A stretch of 64,000 bases of DNA from an uncultured Clostridia bacterium (lineage in GTDB: Bacteria > Bacillota > Clostridia > Christensenellales > Borkfalkiaceae), in assembly GCA_964550125.1 (NCBI GenBank), contig CAZJWC010000006.1, positions 6,450 to 70,449 of the forward strand. The letters are read 5' to 3'. The translations under genes and the position numbers were made by a program. The notes under the pieces are model-generated. The model saw nothing but the letters and a program-made list of their open reading frames with translations, was not told the origin of the DNA and ran no database searches. How positions within the stretch are numbered: the stretch's first letter is position 1; every line of letters begins with the position of its first letter. Of the stretch, positions 1-9,193 are shown piece by piece.

Positions 1-62
1 AAAGGCAACTTATGTTGTAACGGACGGAAATACAAAAGACATATTAAATATATGTTTAAAGT

Positions 63-105
63 AAAAAAATAACGGATAGTATATTTACTATCCGTTTTAA
101 TTTTT
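63..105. terminator. bidirectional intrinsic terminator
   Basis: 11-bp perfect stem AACGGATAGTA (71-81) / TACTATCCGTT (86-96) with loop TATT. A-run upstream and TTAATTTTT downstream. Lies 3' of rpmA (-) and 3' of a + strand ORF that enters from the left edge. Confidence 0.8.
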
Positions 106-108
106 CAA

Positions 109-387
109 TTAGTTTTCTTTAGCGTAAACGCTAACTTTCTTTTTATCTTTGCCCACTCTTTCAAACTTAACAACGCCGTCAATCAATGCAAACAAAGTAT
201 CATCTTTACCGATACCAACGTTGTTACCGGGATTGATTGCAGTACCTCTTTGTCTAACAATGATGCTACCAGCCAATACAGATTGTCCGTCTTGACGTTT
301 AACGCCTAAACGCTTTGCTTCACTGTCTCTACCGTTGTGTGATGAACCAGTACCTTTTTTATGAGCAAATAAACGAATTAATAACAT
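109..387 (-). CDS. rpmA: 50S ribosomal protein L27
   Basis: 92 aa with the bL27 signature [23 protein letters not shown]...[11 protein letters not shown] 7-residue extension MLLIRLF precedes AHKKG. Confidence 0.97.
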   Translation of the reverse strand: MLLIRLFAHKKGTGSSHNGRDSEAKRLGVKRQDGQSVLAGSIIVRQRGTAINPGNNVGIGKDDTLFALIDGVVKFERVGKDKKKVSVYAKEN

Positions 388-414
388 TTATTTTGTCCTC
401 CTAAATAAATCTGC

Positions 415-720
415 TTACAATGAAATCTTTTCGATTTTCACTGCTGTGAAAGGCTGTCTATGACCTTGCTTTTTACGCTCATTCTTTTTAGCCTTGTACT
501 TGAAAACGATAATCTTTCTAAACTTATCTTGTGCTTCTACTTTTCCTGTAACTTTAGCATTAGCAACTGCTTTGCCAACTTTAACACCGTTATCATCAGA
601 AACCATAACTACGTTAAATTCAACTTCAGCACCAATTTCTGCATTAAGTTTTTCAACTCTAACGATATCGCCTTCAGCAACCTTATATTGCTTATTTCCA
701 TTTTCAATAATCGCGTACAA
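415..720 (-). CDS. rplU: 50S ribosomal protein L21
   Basis: [24 protein letters not shown] is the canonical bL21 N-terminus. TTG at 720-718 has GGAGG about 9 nt upstream. The ATG at 819 in the ORF track would add 33 non-homologous residues. Confidence 0.9.
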   Translation of the reverse strand: MYAIIENGNKQYKVAEGDIVRVEKLNAEIGAEVEFNVVMVSDDNGVKVGKAVANAKVTGKVEAQDKFRKIIVFKYKAKKNERKKQGHRQPFTAVKIEKISL

Positions 721-838
721 AATTTTATACCTCCTCTTGCCAGTCTCGTCGTTGTCAAAGGCGTCAACAATGTGAACTTTTACTGCCCGATACGAACGGC
801 TCGATGTATAAATTAACATAATAGCAACTATTTGTCAA
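721..838 (-). promoter_or_regulatory. rplU promoter plus ~80-nt 5' leader (possible L21-type r-protein leader)
   Basis: Minus strand: TTGACA (838-833), 17-nt spacer, TGtTAATTT (-10 at 815-810). The transcribed leader contains short GC-rich hairpins before the GGAGG. Leader family not verifiable by eye. Confidence 0.4.
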
Positions 839-912
839 GCAAAAATGAATATTATTGCGATAAATGGTAAAACTTTAATTTGTAACATATTTTTGAAAAA
901 AGGAGTAAAATT

Positions 913-1359
913 ATGGAAAAAAACAGCAATAAAGCAGATAGCGAAGTTCTTGCAGAGGTTTTTAGAAACGCCTCTCTTGCCCAACAATCAATCACAGATA
1001 TTTTACCTTCTGTTGATGATGAAAAAATAAAAAAAGAACTTGTTTCTCAGCACGAACAATATGAAAAAATTTGTTCTAAATCAACCCTGCTTGCAACAGA
1101 ATTAGGGCTTGAAACAAAAGAACCAAATCCTATTAAAAAAGCTATGATGTGGAGTTCAATTAAAATGAACACATTAACCGACAACAGCACTTCACACATT
1201 GCTGATATGATGATACAAGGAACTGTAATGGGAATTACAGCACTTAAAACCTCGTTGAGTAAAGTAGAAAACAAACCCAACCAAAAAATAGTAGACATTG
1301 CAACCGAACTTTTAAAACTTGAAGAAGGTTTTGAAAAAGATTTAAAAGAATATCTATAA
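913..1359 (+). CDS. hypothetical protein (predicted all-helical, no recognised family)
   Basis: 148-aa ORF with AAAGGAG 6 nt upstream of the ATG, followed by a terminator. Confidence 0.6.
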   Translation: MEKNSNKADSEVLAEVFRNASLAQQSITDILPSVDDEKIKKELVSQHEQYEKICSKSTLLATELGLETKEPNPIKKAMMWSSIKMNTLTDNSTSHIADMMIQGTVMGITALKTSLSKVENKPNQKIVDIATELLKLEEGFEKDLKEYL

Positions 1360-1360
1360 T

Positions 1361-1390
1361 AAAAGGAGTGGCAAAGCCACTCCCTTTTTA
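1361..1390. terminator. bidirectional intrinsic terminator
   Basis: GGAGTGGC (1365-1372) / GCCACTCC (1376-1383) with loop AAA, flanked by AAAA and CTTTTT. Lies between convergent genes. Confidence 0.8.
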
Positions 1391-1398
1391 AATTATAA

Positions 1399-2859
1399 TT
1401 ATAAGTAAAGAATAATCGAATTATTTGTATAATATCCGTTTACACTTTTCTCAATTCCTAATTCATTTGCATAAGAAACAACGCTCATATTATCTAAAAT
1501 CTCTTGACTCATTTGAATTTGCAAGGTTATTCTACTTTCTCCTTCAGTCAATTCCTCAAAGATAAATAAAAGGTTATCAAACTCTGCTTTACTTTCAATT
1601 TGTAAAGACACCTCATCACCCATATACTCGATAGTCATTATGTCGAATATATTATAATTTTCATTTGCAATGATGTTTTCAAAACTTTGTCCCGTATAAC
1701 CAAAGTTTTCTTGTGAGAACAACAAATAGTTGTAGTCGATAAATTCCTTATCACCGTACAACAAATTTCCACTTGTTGCATCGACCAAATACCACTTTCC
1801 TTCAACGAACACTTTATTCCAAGCATGCCCTACATTTTGATTTTCACCAAATCCCGTTTCTCTAACGCAAGGAATTCCTTCCATATTTGCAAGCAACACA
1901 AACGCTTTTGAAATGCCATCACATACTGCTTTATGGTCGTTGAACACACCCTCAAGATAAAAGCCGTTGTACTTTTTAAGGTTGACACTTGACGAATCAG
2001 TTATATTTTTATCGCCTACCATATCTTTTAGTTCATTATCATAAGATACATCATAGATTAGCCATTCATAAATCGCTTTAACTTTTTGTACATCACTCAT
2101 ATCATTATCGCATATTTTGCGAAGCACACTTTTAGCAGACTTATAAATGGCCTCTACAGATGAGCCCTCAACAAAAACAGGTTTAAAGCCCATCTCTAAT
2201 GTATACCATAATTGGTCTGAATCAGTACATAGAAAAGTATTTTTAATACTTTCTACCTTGAAATCATTAAACGTTTCAGTTCTAGTAGAAGATTCATTGC
2301 CAAAGTTCAATGAGTTATATTGATAATATGTTTTATCATATGATGTTTGAACAGTTGCCTTTTCCCAATAGTCAAGTTTAGTAAAATCAAAAACTATATC
2401 ATAACCACTATTTAATGACTCCCTATGAGTGATGAATAGTGAATTTTGAATAGTTGAGGAGTGAACTACCTTGTCAAAAATTTGTTTGGCAACATCATTA
2501 GTAATATCTTCGCCATATACAAGTTTATCTTCATCACTTAAATCAAGATAAATTTTTGCACTTTTATCTTGGCGTAAAATAATACTATCATAAATGATTT
2601 GCATATTTTCAACTGAATTTGCTATTAGGTTATCTGTTTTTTTGATAGATGATGCGTACCTAATAACCGACATATCTATCTCGCTGTACCCCTCTCTATT
2701 ATCAGCCTTTTTTGTATCATCCCAGTTTATAGTTTCATAATAATTAGAACCATCTATTCCAATCGACCCAATTTTTATAGCACAAGAACCTAAAATAATA
2801 CTACTAAATAGGATAGTAATAGAGATGATAAGCATTTTTACCACCCTTTTTGCTACCAT
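1399..2859 (-). CDS. transglutaminase-like domain lipoprotein
   Basis: Signal peptide with lipobox ILGSC. Cys-His-Asp core: AVCDGISKAF ... VGHAWNKVFVEGKWYLVDATSG. Confidence 0.8.
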   Translation of the reverse strand: MVAKRVVKMLIISITILFSSIILGSCAIKIGSIGIDGSNYYETINWDDTKKADNREGYSEIDMSVIRYASSIKKTDNLIANSVENMQIIYDSIILRQDKSAKIYLDLSDEDKLVYGEDITNDVAKQIFDKVVHSSTIQNSLFITHRESLNSGYDIVFDFTKLDYWEKATVQTSYDKTYYQYNSLNFGNESSTRTETFNDFKVESIKNTFLCTDSDQLWYTLEMGFKPVFVEGSSVEAIYKSAKSVLRKICDNDMSDVQKVKAIYEWLIYDVSYDNELKDMVGDKNITDSSSVNLKKYNGFYLEGVFNDHKAVCDGISKAFVLLANMEGIPCVRETGFGENQNVGHAWNKVFVEGKWYLVDATSGNLLYGDKEFIDYNYLLFSQENFGYTGQSFENIIANENYNIFDIMTIEYMGDEVSLQIESKAEFDNLLFIFEELTEGESRITLQIQMSQEILDNMSVVSYANELGIEKSVNGYYTNNSIILYL

Positions 2860-2888
2860 ATTAAGTTTTCCCCCTAAAATATGATTTA

Positions 2889-2917
2889 ATTATAACATCA
2901 AACTTTACCGATTTCAA
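2889..2917 (-). promoter_or_regulatory. sigma-A type promoter for the transglutaminase-like gene
   Basis: Minus strand: TTGAAA (2917-2912), 17 nt, TATAAT (2894-2889). Confidence 0.6.
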
Positions 2918-2993
2918 TACTTTTTTGAAAATTGTGTGAAAATTATTCCCAGTAGTAACAAAATTTATACATAAAACATAATTATTTAAATTA

Positions 2994-3026
2994 AACAAAA
3001 AAGTAGATACCTTTTTAGGTACCTAC
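2994..3026 (-). terminator. intrinsic terminator downstream of rng
   Basis: Minus strand: GTAGGTACC / GGTATCTAC, 9-bp stem including one G-U that only pairs on this strand, then TTTTTTGTTT. Confidence 0.75.
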
Positions 3027-3043
3027 TTTAATTATATTCATAA

Positions 3044-4618
3044 TTATTGTCTTCTTCTAAAACGCATATCAAACTCAAAATCGTTATCTTCCTCAAAATT
3101 TTCGAGTTCCTCAAAACTGCCCTTATTTAAAAGAATTGCGTTGGGAGGTGCTAAAACATTGTTTCCGTCAATTCCTCTAACATTAAATTCTTCTTCGTGA
3201 TAAGTAACTTGAGGTATCATATATATACGTTTATTACGCATAAACTTGATCATATCTTCAGGGAAATCCTTTTTGATAAGCACTTCCATAATGTGATCGT
3301 TAAGTTCAACAATAACCTTGTTATAACCATCAGCCAAACAGTCTTTAATTGCTGAAAACAACTTATAAAAGATATAGTCGTCAGATTGAATTAAACCACT
3401 ACCTTCACAGTAAGGACAAGGTTGCGTAAGAGCAGACATAGTATCACGCTTATCTTTCTTTCTAGTAAACTGAACAAGTCCAAATCCTGTCATACCTATA
3501 ACGTTACACTTAACTCTATCGTCCTTTAAGTTTTCCTCAAGAGTTTTTACGACTTTTGCTCTATGTTCTAAATCTTCCATATCAATAAAGTCGACTATAA
3601 CAATACCACCTATATTACGAAGTCTAACCTGTCGTGCAATCTCTTTTGCAGCAAGCATATTCGTATTAAATACGGTCGTTTCTAAATTGTCGTTACCTAC
3701 ATATTTACCCGTATTTACGTCAATTACCGTAAGTGCTTCCGTCTTGTCAATTATAAGATATGCACCACTCTCTAAAACAACCTTTGAATCAGTGAGTTTT
3801 TTAACCTCTTTGGCAAGACCAAATAAGGTAAACATATCTCTATTGCCTGAATACATTACAAGTCGTTTTGCTGCGTTTTCTCCACGCAAAGTTAAAAGGT
3901 TTTCAAGCCTGTCATACAAATCTTTATTTCCTACAATAATCTTATCAACAGTTTCATCATAGTTATCTCTTATTACCCTTAAAGGTAGGTCATCTTCACT
4001 ATGAACGATTTCACCTGTTTTTGCTTTATCGTAGTTTTCAAGAGCCTCTTTATATAAGCCCTTTAAATATTCTGCTTCAACTTTAAGTTGACGCTTTTTT
4101 GCAGTCCTTGCAGCCGTACGAATAATAAAGCCTGAACCGACATTTCTAAGTTTATCCACCTCTTGCATAAGTTCATCTCTACGCTCTTCGTCATCAATTT
4201 TACGAGAGATGCCTAAAAAGTTAGTTGTGGGTAGATAGATTAAATACTTACCAACGAAACTCAAATGGGCTGTTAGTTTTGCTCCCTTTTTCCCTACGGG
4301 AACTTTGGTTACCTGAACCATAATCTCATCGCCTACTCGAAGTTTCAACTTTTGTGGCACGCTAACACTATCAGACAGCGTTGACTTATCAGCAACAACA
4401 TCGTCAAGGGACAAATAGCCGTTCCTTTCCATACCGATATTTACAAATGCGGCTTGCATACCATTTAATACATTTGTAACTTTACCTTTGTAGATATTGC
4501 CTACAATTTCCTTGGGGGCATTTGCCGAATCGATATGATACTCGATAAGTGTACTGCCTTTTGCAAGTGCAGCATAAGAGTCGCCACAGAAACTATCAAT
4601 GTAAATACTCTTATTCAT
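3044..4618 (-). CDS. rng: Rne/Rng family ribonuclease (RNase G-like)
   Basis: S1 domain GNIYKGKVTNVLNGMQAAFVNIGMERNGYL and catalytic region LIIDKTEALTVIDVNTGK. ATG at 4618 has AAAGGAAAT upstream. Confidence 0.9.
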   Translation of the reverse strand: MNKSIYIDSFCGDSYAALAKGSTLIEYHIDSANAPKEIVGNIYKGKVTNVLNGMQAAFVNIGMERNGYLSLDDVVADKSTLSDSVSVPQKLKLRVGDEIMVQVTKVPVGKKGAKLTAHLSFVGKYLIYLPTTNFLGISRKIDDEERRDELMQEVDKLRNVGSGFIIRTAARTAKKRQLKVEAEYLKGLYKEALENYDKAKTGEIVHSEDDLPLRVIRDNYDETVDKIIVGNKDLYDRLENLLTLRGENAAKRLVMYSGNRDMFTLFGLAKEVKKLTDSKVVLESGAYLIIDKTEALTVIDVNTGKYVGNDNLETTVFNTNMLAAKEIARQVRLRNIGGIVIVDFIDMEDLEHRAKVVKTLEENLKDDRVKCNVIGMTGFGLVQFTRKKDKRDTMSALTQPCPYCEGSGLIQSDDYIFYKLFSAIKDCLADGYNKVIVELNDHIMEVLIKKDFPEDMIKFMRNKRIYMIPQVTYHEEEFNVRGIDGNNVLAPPNAILLNKGSFEELENFEEDNDFEFDMRFRRRQ

Positions 4619-4692
4619 TATATTTCCTTTGTAAACCGCAAATACCGTAAGGCTACTGCACATACACGAATATCGTAGGTTTAATAAAAATT

Positions 4693-5292
4693 TTAAACAA
4701 AGTTAAAGTTATCAAGCCCAAATGCTTGAATCTTAATTATCTCACCCATAAAGTTAGGGTTTAATGATTTGGCAAAATAGTCGGGACGCAAATTCTCATT
4801 GCCCGTCTTTAAGACGCAATATACGTCCTTGCCTTCCAACCGTGCTGAGAGTATCCTACTACGCACGTTTACTCTTTTTTCATTTTTATCAATTATATAA
4901 AACTCTTGCGAGTCAAGTACACTTTTAATATCAATTTTGCCTATATTTGTAATTTTATATTCACACGAAGTTATACAGCCTGCCACGTTGGGATTTGACT
5001 GCACAACAGCACTTTCTACACACTTTATTCCCTTTGGCGAAAATTGATTAAATTTTTCTTTAAATTCAATCGCAGTTATATCACAATCAGTATCGACACA
5101 ACAATACTCTGCTTTTGATTTAATACCTACACCTATAGGTGCTGACATAAATATTTTTGGATGTTTATTATATCCCTCGCTCTTTTTTACATCAATTTTA
5201 CCTCTAATTAGAGTACGAATAATATGACGCAAAGTGTCAAGGTGTGGAATATATTCTGCTCCGTCCATTTTTGTATATCTAAATAATATCAT
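4693..5292 (-). CDS. radical SAM-linked protein (DUF2344 / TIGR03936-type)
   Basis: N-terminus FRYTKMDGAEYIPHLDTLRHIIRTLIR is typical of this family. Lies immediately downstream of the large rSAM gene. Confidence 0.75.
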   Translation of the reverse strand: MILFRYTKMDGAEYIPHLDTLRHIIRTLIRGKIDVKKSEGYNKHPKIFMSAPIGVGIKSKAEYCCVDTDCDITAIEFKEKFNQFSPKGIKCVESAVVQSNPNVAGCITSCEYKITNIGKIDIKSVLDSQEFYIIDKNEKRVNVRSRILSARLEGKDVYCVLKTGNENLRPDYFAKSLNPNFMGEIIKIQAFGLDNFNFV

Positions 5293-5353
5293 ACTTTTTT
5301 ACTTATTTTGTGATAGATTTATTAAAAGACTTTCACATTTAAAACTTTTTATC

Positions 5354-7153
5354 TTACTTATCTCGTGATATAGGGCAAAACTCATCCATACCACAATGCT
5401 TACAACTTGCCAAGCAACTTCCACTTACTTTTGAAACATACGCTTTATGTCTTTCATTAAGCAGAAAACTTTTTGTTATATATATGTTTATAAAATCCCA
5501 AGGAAGAATTTCCTCTTCGCCAAACTCACGAGTATACCAGTCATAACTCACATTACAATCTTCAAACGCTTTGTTCCAACCCTCTTTATTGAGTTTATCG
5601 TTCCAGCCGTCAAAAATACAACCGTTTTTATATGCGTTCAGTAAAACCTTGCCTAGTCTTCTATCCCCTCTAGCAAATACGTTTTCAAGTCGTGAAGTAA
5701 AATAGTCGTTATAAGAGAGAGTTATTCCCTTCATATACAACTGTTCCTTTAAAAACTTTTGCTTTTCAAAAACCTCTTGCTCATTAACCTGCCTTTCCCA
5801 TTGAAAAGGTGTAAACGGCTTTGGTATAAAGGTTGATACTGAAATTGAAATAGTTAATGGTTTTTTTCTCTTTTTTGAATTATAAACACTCTTTATAGCA
5901 AGTGCAATTTCTTTGATTCCCTCTAAATCTTTTTCAGTTTCAGTAGGTAGTCCAAGCATAAAGTAAAGTTTTACAGCAAAGTAACCCATATCAAAAGCAC
6001 TTTCAGTTGCGTGTAAAATTTCTTCTAAAGTTACATCTTTATTTATAACGTCCCTCAATCGTTGCGAACCAGCCTCTGGTGCAAAGGTAAGGGAAGACCT
6101 TCTAGACTCTTGGACAAACTCGTTATCAAAACTGTCAACTCGAAGGGAGGGAAGGGCTATTTTTGTATCTTTAGGCATTTCCTCTTTTAACCTTAAAATC
6201 AACTCTTTAAGCCTAGGATAATCGCCCGTTGACAAACTGTTTAAACTCAATTCATCAAAACCCGTATTATTCAAAATCGAACAGGATTGCTCAACCACTT
6301 TATTTACACTCTTTTGTCTAACTGGCCGATACAAAAAGCCTGCTTGACAAAATCTACAACCACGGTAGCAACCACGCATTATCTCAACGAAAGCCCTATC
6401 AAAAACAGCCTCGGTATTACTTACTGCAAAACTCCTAGGAAAAGGAGCATTTTCAAGGTCAGTTACGACTGCTCTGTTTACCTTTTTAAACTCTTTTCCG
6501 TCAGTCGATTTAAAACCTTTAATTTTTTCGTCTTCATACTCTACTTCAATAAGTGCAGGTACATACACACCTTCAATTTGACTTGCCTTTTCAAAAAACT
6601 CCTCTCGTGATGAAGTGCTCTTTAGTAATTTAACAACCTCTGCCGTATGATACTCTCCGTCCCCGATTAAAAAGAGGTCAACAAAGTCAGCCAACGGTTC
6701 AGGATTGATTGCACAAGGGCCACCACATATTATTAACGGGTGATTTTTACTACGCTCCTCTCTTTTTAAAGGAATATTTGCAAGGTCCAGCATATATAAA
6801 ATGTTCGTATATGAAAGTTCATATTGTAAAGAAAAACCAAGAACATCAAACTCATCAAGAGAACGCTTTGAACCAAGTGCGTATAGGGGAATCTTATTTT
6901 GCCTTAAAGCACTTCCAAAGTCTTGCCAAGGAGCAAAACATCTATCCGTACCTATTCCGTTATTTAATAAACTTTCAATAACAATTTTAGTGCCTAAATT
7001 ACTCATACCAACCTCATATACATCAGGAAAGCACATACAAAAATTTATATCTTTCCAATCAGTATCGGTTGTAGAATATTCACCACCTATATATCTTGAA
7101 GGTTTTTCTACCGACAAGAGTACGCCTTTTATCTTATCTAAATCAATTATCAA
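5354..7153 (-). CDS. B12-binding-domain radical SAM protein (TIGR03960-type, function unknown)
   Basis: 599 aa with the CxxxCxxC motif in MRGCYRGCRFCQAGFLYRP and an N-terminal B12-like domain. Confidence 0.88.
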   Translation of the reverse strand: MIIDLDKIKGVLLSVEKPSRYIGGEYSTTDTDWKDINFCMCFPDVYEVGMSNLGTKIVIESLLNNGIGTDRCFAPWQDFGSALRQNKIPLYALGSKRSLDEFDVLGFSLQYELSYTNILYMLDLANIPLKREERSKNHPLIICGGPCAINPEPLADFVDLFLIGDGEYHTAEVVKLLKSTSSREEFFEKASQIEGVYVPALIEVEYEDEKIKGFKSTDGKEFKKVNRAVVTDLENAPFPRSFAVSNTEAVFDRAFVEIMRGCYRGCRFCQAGFLYRPVRQKSVNKVVEQSCSILNNTGFDELSLNSLSTGDYPRLKELILRLKEEMPKDTKIALPSLRVDSFDNEFVQESRRSSLTFAPEAGSQRLRDVINKDVTLEEILHATESAFDMGYFAVKLYFMLGLPTETEKDLEGIKEIALAIKSVYNSKKRKKPLTISISVSTFIPKPFTPFQWERQVNEQEVFEKQKFLKEQLYMKGITLSYNDYFTSRLENVFARGDRRLGKVLLNAYKNGCIFDGWNDKLNKEGWNKAFEDCNVSYDWYTREFGEEEILPWDFINIYITKSFLLNERHKAYVSKVSGSCLASCKHCGMDEFCPISRDK

Positions 7154-7225
7154 AACTAGTACCTATTTTCTTTTTTAGTGTAACTATTCTATCACACATA
7201 ATTTTTTTTTGCAATAGGTTAAAGT

Positions 7226-8089
7226 TTACAAATCGCCTATATTTTCTTTTTTTAAAATAGTTGACAAACTCTCATAAATACTTTCTCTTTCAAAGTAGAG
7301 CATAAGTTGATTTTGAGTTATCGTTAAAAGATACTCCTCGTTTTTATAAACATCAAATTTATAAAATTTATCACTTTGCAAATAGGAAATTAACTTTTTT
7401 AATGTTACGTTTATATCAACAGCAACCGTCCTTACCTCTAACCCTCGTTTTATACTATCAACAATATAAAAATCAATTTTTGTATATTTATTTTTACCTG
7501 CTGAAAAAACCCCTACAACAAGCAAAAATGCAAAGGACAAAAGGGTAAATGAATTTATGCTCTTTTCTCCTATTATAAAAACAATTATAAGCAACAGAGC
7601 AAAAGATATGCTTAAAATTAGTGCGAAACGAAAGGCAAACTTTTCATTGATTTTTTCACTCATAACTCTATAAACAATCTTACCACCGTCAAGTGGATAA
7701 AAGGGTAATAAATTTAAAACGCCTATTGAAAAACTTGAATATACTGCTGTATCAGTATATGGATAGGATAGAGGGAAAAACCACCAACAACACACAAAGA
7801 TTATACAGATGATAAAATTGCATAAAGGTCCACACAATAAAAGTTTAACTTCATCTAAAAAGGTTATGCCGTCAATATTACCGTTGACCACAGCACCATA
7901 AGGCATAAGCACTACACGATTTAACTTAAAACCTATTTTATACGCATAAAAGGCGTGCCCACACTCGTGAATAACTGCAACTAATGAATAAATCACAAAG
8001 GAAAACAGTCCTCCAAAAAAAGCAAAGAACACACCTAATATAATAAACAACGGATGAATTGAAAACTTTAAATTATACTTGCCAAACAA
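7226..8089 (-). CDS. M50 family site-2 metalloprotease (SpoIVFB-like)
   Basis: HExxH in VIHECGHAFYA. Multi-pass membrane protein with LPFYPLDGG (NxxPxxxLDG-type motif). Confidence 0.8.
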   Translation of the reverse strand: MFGKYNLKFSIHPLFIILGVFFAFFGGLFSFVIYSLVAVIHECGHAFYAYKIGFKLNRVVLMPYGAVVNGNIDGITFLDEVKLLLCGPLCNFIICIIFVCCWWFFPLSYPYTDTAVYSSFSIGVLNLLPFYPLDGGKIVYRVMSEKINEKFAFRFALILSISFALLLIIVFIIGEKSINSFTLLSFAFLLVVGVFSAGKNKYTKIDFYIVDSIKRGLEVRTVAVDINVTLKKLISYLQSDKFYKFDVYKNEEYLLTITQNQLMLYFERESIYESLSTILKKENIGDL

Positions 8090-8882
8090 TGTTATAGTCG
8101 CTTGATACTGCGAAAGAGGTTACCTTTTCATTATTTTCATACATACAAACGCTTAAACCACCTTCAGTAAAGCCAATAGGCACGTTGGGATAAACTTTAT
8201 CACCAACTTGATTATATAGATACTTCAAACCTGAAAAAATTGTAGTAAACAAAGATGAGTGTTCAACCTCAACATTATAACCAAACTCATCTTGAGTAAA
8301 GCTCTTTACCTTTCCTTCACATGGAGAATAAATTGAACTTTCTCCCTCAAAAGAAATAACGCCATCATCAGCAACCTCAAAAAGCATATTTTGAGCATTT
8401 GCACTAACGATAGGCTGACAATCAAAATCAAGATAACTGCGAGTATCAAACACAACTTCTTCTGGGAAAAATATGTTTCTTGCATATGAATTTATTGCAC
8501 TATTTTCCATAAACAAGTTAGTCAGCAAGATAACGGCTGATAGCACGCATACACAAATAAATTCAGCAAGTAAAACTTTACTGCCACTCTTTTTAATTTG
8601 TTCACCCTCTGTTATCGCCTTTGTCCTTTTATTTTTAAAGAATTTTAGTTTTTTTAAAAATCCTTCCTTTTCATATACTTTGCCACTTTTAGTAACTCTG
8701 CCTTCCTCTAATGCCTCACTCTCCTCAATATTAGGGGAAAACTCCACCCTATCATTGATTGCGTCAATAGTTTGTTGTTTTAAATCTTCAATATTCTTTT
8801 TTTTCTTTGATTTTTTTTGAACGACATTTAAGGTATTTACAGGAATTTCTATCATTTCAGCATAGTCAATTTGATTACTCAT
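8073..8882 (-). CDS. membrane protein with degenerate LytM/M23 domain (SpoIVFA-like)
   Basis: One TM segment (VLLAEFICVCVLSAVILL). C-terminal SPCEGKVKS...GYNVEVEHSSLFTTIFSGL...VGDKVYPNVPIGF lacks a full Zn-ligand set. Overlaps the M50 gene by 17 nt, as spoIVFA-spoIVFB does. Confidence 0.6.
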   Translation of the reverse strand: MSNQIDYAEMIEIPVNTLNVVQKKSKKKKNIEDLKQQTIDAINDRVEFSPNIEESEALEEGRVTKSGKVYEKEGFLKKLKFFKNKRTKAITEGEQIKKSGSKVLLAEFICVCVLSAVILLTNLFMENSAINSYARNIFFPEEVVFDTRSYLDFDCQPIVSANAQNMLFEVADDGVISFEGESSIYSPCEGKVKSFTQDEFGYNVEVEHSSLFTTIFSGLKYLYNQVGDKVYPNVPIGFTEGGLSVCMYENNEKVTSFAVSSDYNIVWQV

Positions 8883-8930
8883 TTACCATCTCCTTGCTTT
8901 TTATTAAAAGATATGCTTAATAACTGGAGA

Positions 8931-8965
8931 AAAGAACAAAAAAGACCTTTGCTTTTGCAAAAGTC
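8931..8965 (-). terminator. intrinsic terminator (minus strand) just upstream of the spoIVFA-like gene
   Basis: Minus strand: GACTTTTGC-AAAA-GCAAAGGTC. The 9-bp stem has one G-U that would be a C-A mismatch on the plus strand. Followed by TTTTTTGTTCTTTT. Confidence 0.65.
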
Positions 8966-8972
8966 CTAAATA

Positions 8973-9052
8973 AAATGTAATGGGTAGTACATTTACAAAA
9001 TGCACTACCCAAAAACAATATATGATAAGGGGGAAAATGATGAGCTTTTTAA
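8973..9052. repeat. copy 1 of tandemly duplicated hairpin + SD + mini-ORF element
   Basis: Hairpin 8982-9010, then AAAAACAATATATGATAAGGGGGAAAATGATGAGCTTTTTA. Mini-ORF 9037-9090 encodes MMSFLKPWNSRSLITHI. Confidence 0.8.
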
Positions 9053-9193
9053 AACCTTGGAACTCTCGTTCCTTGATTACGCATATATAATAACAATTAA
9101 TTGTTATCATTTAAAGTTAATTGTATGAAAAAATAAGTAAAACAGTTGAATAATTTATATTTTTTATGTGTAAAATAATAAAATTGATGACAT

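Noticed and set aside
460-816. Two + strand ORFs (118 and 93 aa) over rplU
   Set aside because: They are antisense shadows of the L21 gene and its leader, with no RBS and no recognisable domains.
721-819. N-terminal extension of L21 in the ORF track, and similar extensions for rng 4619-4663, iscR 17598-17609, queH 18275-18322, GT8 21204-21245, the lipoprotein 32122-32208, the nuclease 37104-37166, yggS 38102-38170, rpsF 44317-44352, RR 48378-48392, HK 49641-49664, radC 51826-51843, rpsE 61973-61978 and rpsH 63314-63358
   Set aside because: In each case a downstream start has a proper Shine-Dalgarno sequence, matches the conserved family N-terminus, or both. The extended start is often a TTG with no RBS, or it overlaps a promoter.
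8904-9110. 68-aa minus-strand ORF across the first repeat copy
   Set aside because: It runs through a terminator hairpin and the conserved repeat. Its peptide is hydrophobic and low in complexity, it has no RBS, and the second repeat copy has no equivalent ORF.
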